The notes under the pieces were generated by a model. The model was given only the letters and a program-made list of their open reading frames with translations. It ran no database searches and had not been told where the DNA came from. A stretch of 64,000 nucleotides of DNA from an uncultured Christensenella sp. (GTDB taxonomy: Bacteria > Bacillota > Clostridia > Christensenellales > UBA3700), in NCBI GenBank assembly GCA_910578245.1, contig CAJTPC010000001.1:27603-91602 (forward strand). Reading direction: 5' to 3'. Every line of letters starts with the position of its first letter. Within the stretch, counting starts at the first letter, position 1. Positions 62,962 to 64,000 of this stretch are shown piece by piece. Made by a program: the position numbers and the translations under genes.

Positions 62962-64000
62962 TCAATTCGTTTCTGCCGAATCGACGTCGGGCTGTTCTTT
63001 CTCAGCTTGGCTATTTGACAGCTCTAAGTTGTCCTCGGGATACGCGGACAGCATCGGCTCTATACTCTCGTCTTTTTGCCTAGCAAAATAATTGCGCGTA
63101 ACGCGCGTAATAGTGCCGCCTAAGAACAATAGCGCTATGAGGTTGGGGATCGCCATAAGTCCGTTGAAGAAATCTGCCATATCCCATACTAGCGAAACGC
63201 TAGTCAATGCCCCGACGATTACAAGCGCAACGTATAGCACCTTGAATATCATAGAGTACTTTTTGCCGAAAATAAATTCAAAGGATTTCTCGCCGTAATA
63301 CGCCCAAGATAAAATCGTGGTAAAGGCAAACAGCGGTAACATTATGCTAAATACAACTGTTCCGAACTGACCGAAAGATTGCGTAAAAGCCGACTGCGAA
63401 AGCATTGCTCCGCTCACGTCCGTACCCTGCGTATAAACTCCGCTAGTCAAGATTACAAGAGCAGTCAAAGTGCAAATTATTATCGTATCGAGAAATACGC
63501 CGAAGATTCCCCACAAACCTTGTTGGACAGGCTCTTTTACCGATGATGCGCTGTGAGCTATGACAGAACTGCCCAGTCCTGCTTCATTGGAGAATATACC
63601 CCTTGCCAAGCCGTAACGCATAGACCGCATTATAGCATACCCTAGCAAGCCGCCGCCCATTGACCGAAAACTAAACGCGCTTTTGAAGATTTGCGCAAAC
63701 GCCGACGGAATTGCTTTGACGTTCATGAAAATAATTATCAATGCAAGCAATATGAATCCAAGACACATAAACGGAATTATATATGAAGTAATCTTGCCGA
63801 TTCTCTTTATACCGCCTATAATAATCAAAGCTACGACTATGGCTACTACTACTCCGCTTACCCATTTGGGTATACTAAAACCTCCGTTCAGCGTGTCGGC
63901 TATGGTATTGATTTGCACCATATTCATTCCAAACGAAGCAAACATGCAAAATACCGAAAAAAGTATCGCAAGCCATTTCCAACCCAAGCCTTCGGATATG
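62962..64000 (-). CDS. sodium:alanine (AGCS-family) symporter; 5' end lies beyond the window
   Basis: FSNEAGLGSSVIAHSAS motif and many TM segments. The reading frame stays open to position 64000, so the track Met at 63987 is internal. Confidence 0.8.
   Translation of the reverse strand, partial: ISEGLGWKWLAILFSVFCMFASFGMNMVQINTIADTLNGGFSIPKWVSGVVVAIVVALIIIGGIKRIGKITSYIIPFMCLGFILLALIIIFMNVKAIPSAFAQIFKSAFSFRSMGGGLLGYAIMRSMRYGLARGIFSNEAGLGSSVIAHSASSVKEPVQQGLWGIFGVFLDTIIICTLTALVILTSGVYTQGTDVSGAMLSQSAFTQSFGQFGTVVFSIMLPLFAFTTILSWAYYGEKSFEFIFGKKYSMIFKVLYVALVIVGALTSVSLVWDMADFFNGLMAIPNLIALLFLGGTITRVTRNYFARQKDESIEPMLSAYPEDNLELSNSQAEKEQPDVDSAETN

Noticed and set aside
1-64000. Prophage, ICE, IS element or genomic-island borders
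   Set aside because: No integrase, transposase, recombinase, tRNA attachment site or terminal inverted/direct repeats bracketing a block were found. Only the 44.4-50.2 kb and 58.0-59.7 kb modules look accessory, and their borders are promoter/terminator elements rather than att-like repeats.

Overview
This is a chromosomal window from a low-GC, spore-forming Firmicute, probably Clostridia-like, judged from a gerA-type germinant receptor operon, a cwlD-like amidase, a CotJC-like gene and the secG/smpB neighbourhood. Coding density is high and I found no rRNA, tRNA, CRISPR array, integrase or transposase. Content from left to right: (1) A 10.4-kb minus-strand cell-surface polysaccharide/teichoic-like operon at 1-10498 (tagD, TagF-like, Wzx, EpsG/Wzy-like, GT1, IspD-like, LicD, GT14, GT2, PglC-like initiating transferase, DegT aminotransferase). 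(2) Scattered host-glycan/amino-sugar genes (GH20, GH2 beta-mannosidase, nagA plus esterase, nahK-galE-capD, a second GH2, a sulfatase). (3) An amino-acid ABC operon ending in a YerC/TrpR-like gene. (4) A gerA operon. (5) metY-metA, smpB, secG, pgm and assorted housekeeping genes. (6) The most interesting locus, at 44.4-50.2 kb. It is a self-contained operon with a consensus promoter and an intrinsic terminator. It encodes a BrxR-like WYL regulator, a nuclease-less DUF262 protein, a full DUF262-DUF1524 (GmrSD-like) protein and a 55-aa ORF. Immediately upstream sits a transmembrane-less FtsH-like AAA+/M41 protease. I read this as a candidate anti-phage defence system with an architecture I cannot assign to a named system. 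(7) A tandem pair of dual-HTH regulators with a perfect 13-bp palindromic operator, followed by REP-like palindromic repeats. (8) A 627-bp AT-rich non-coding region with three perfect DnaA boxes and iteron-like repeats but no dnaA, next to a second WYL-regulator paralog. All calls rest on motif recognition by eye. No database search was run.
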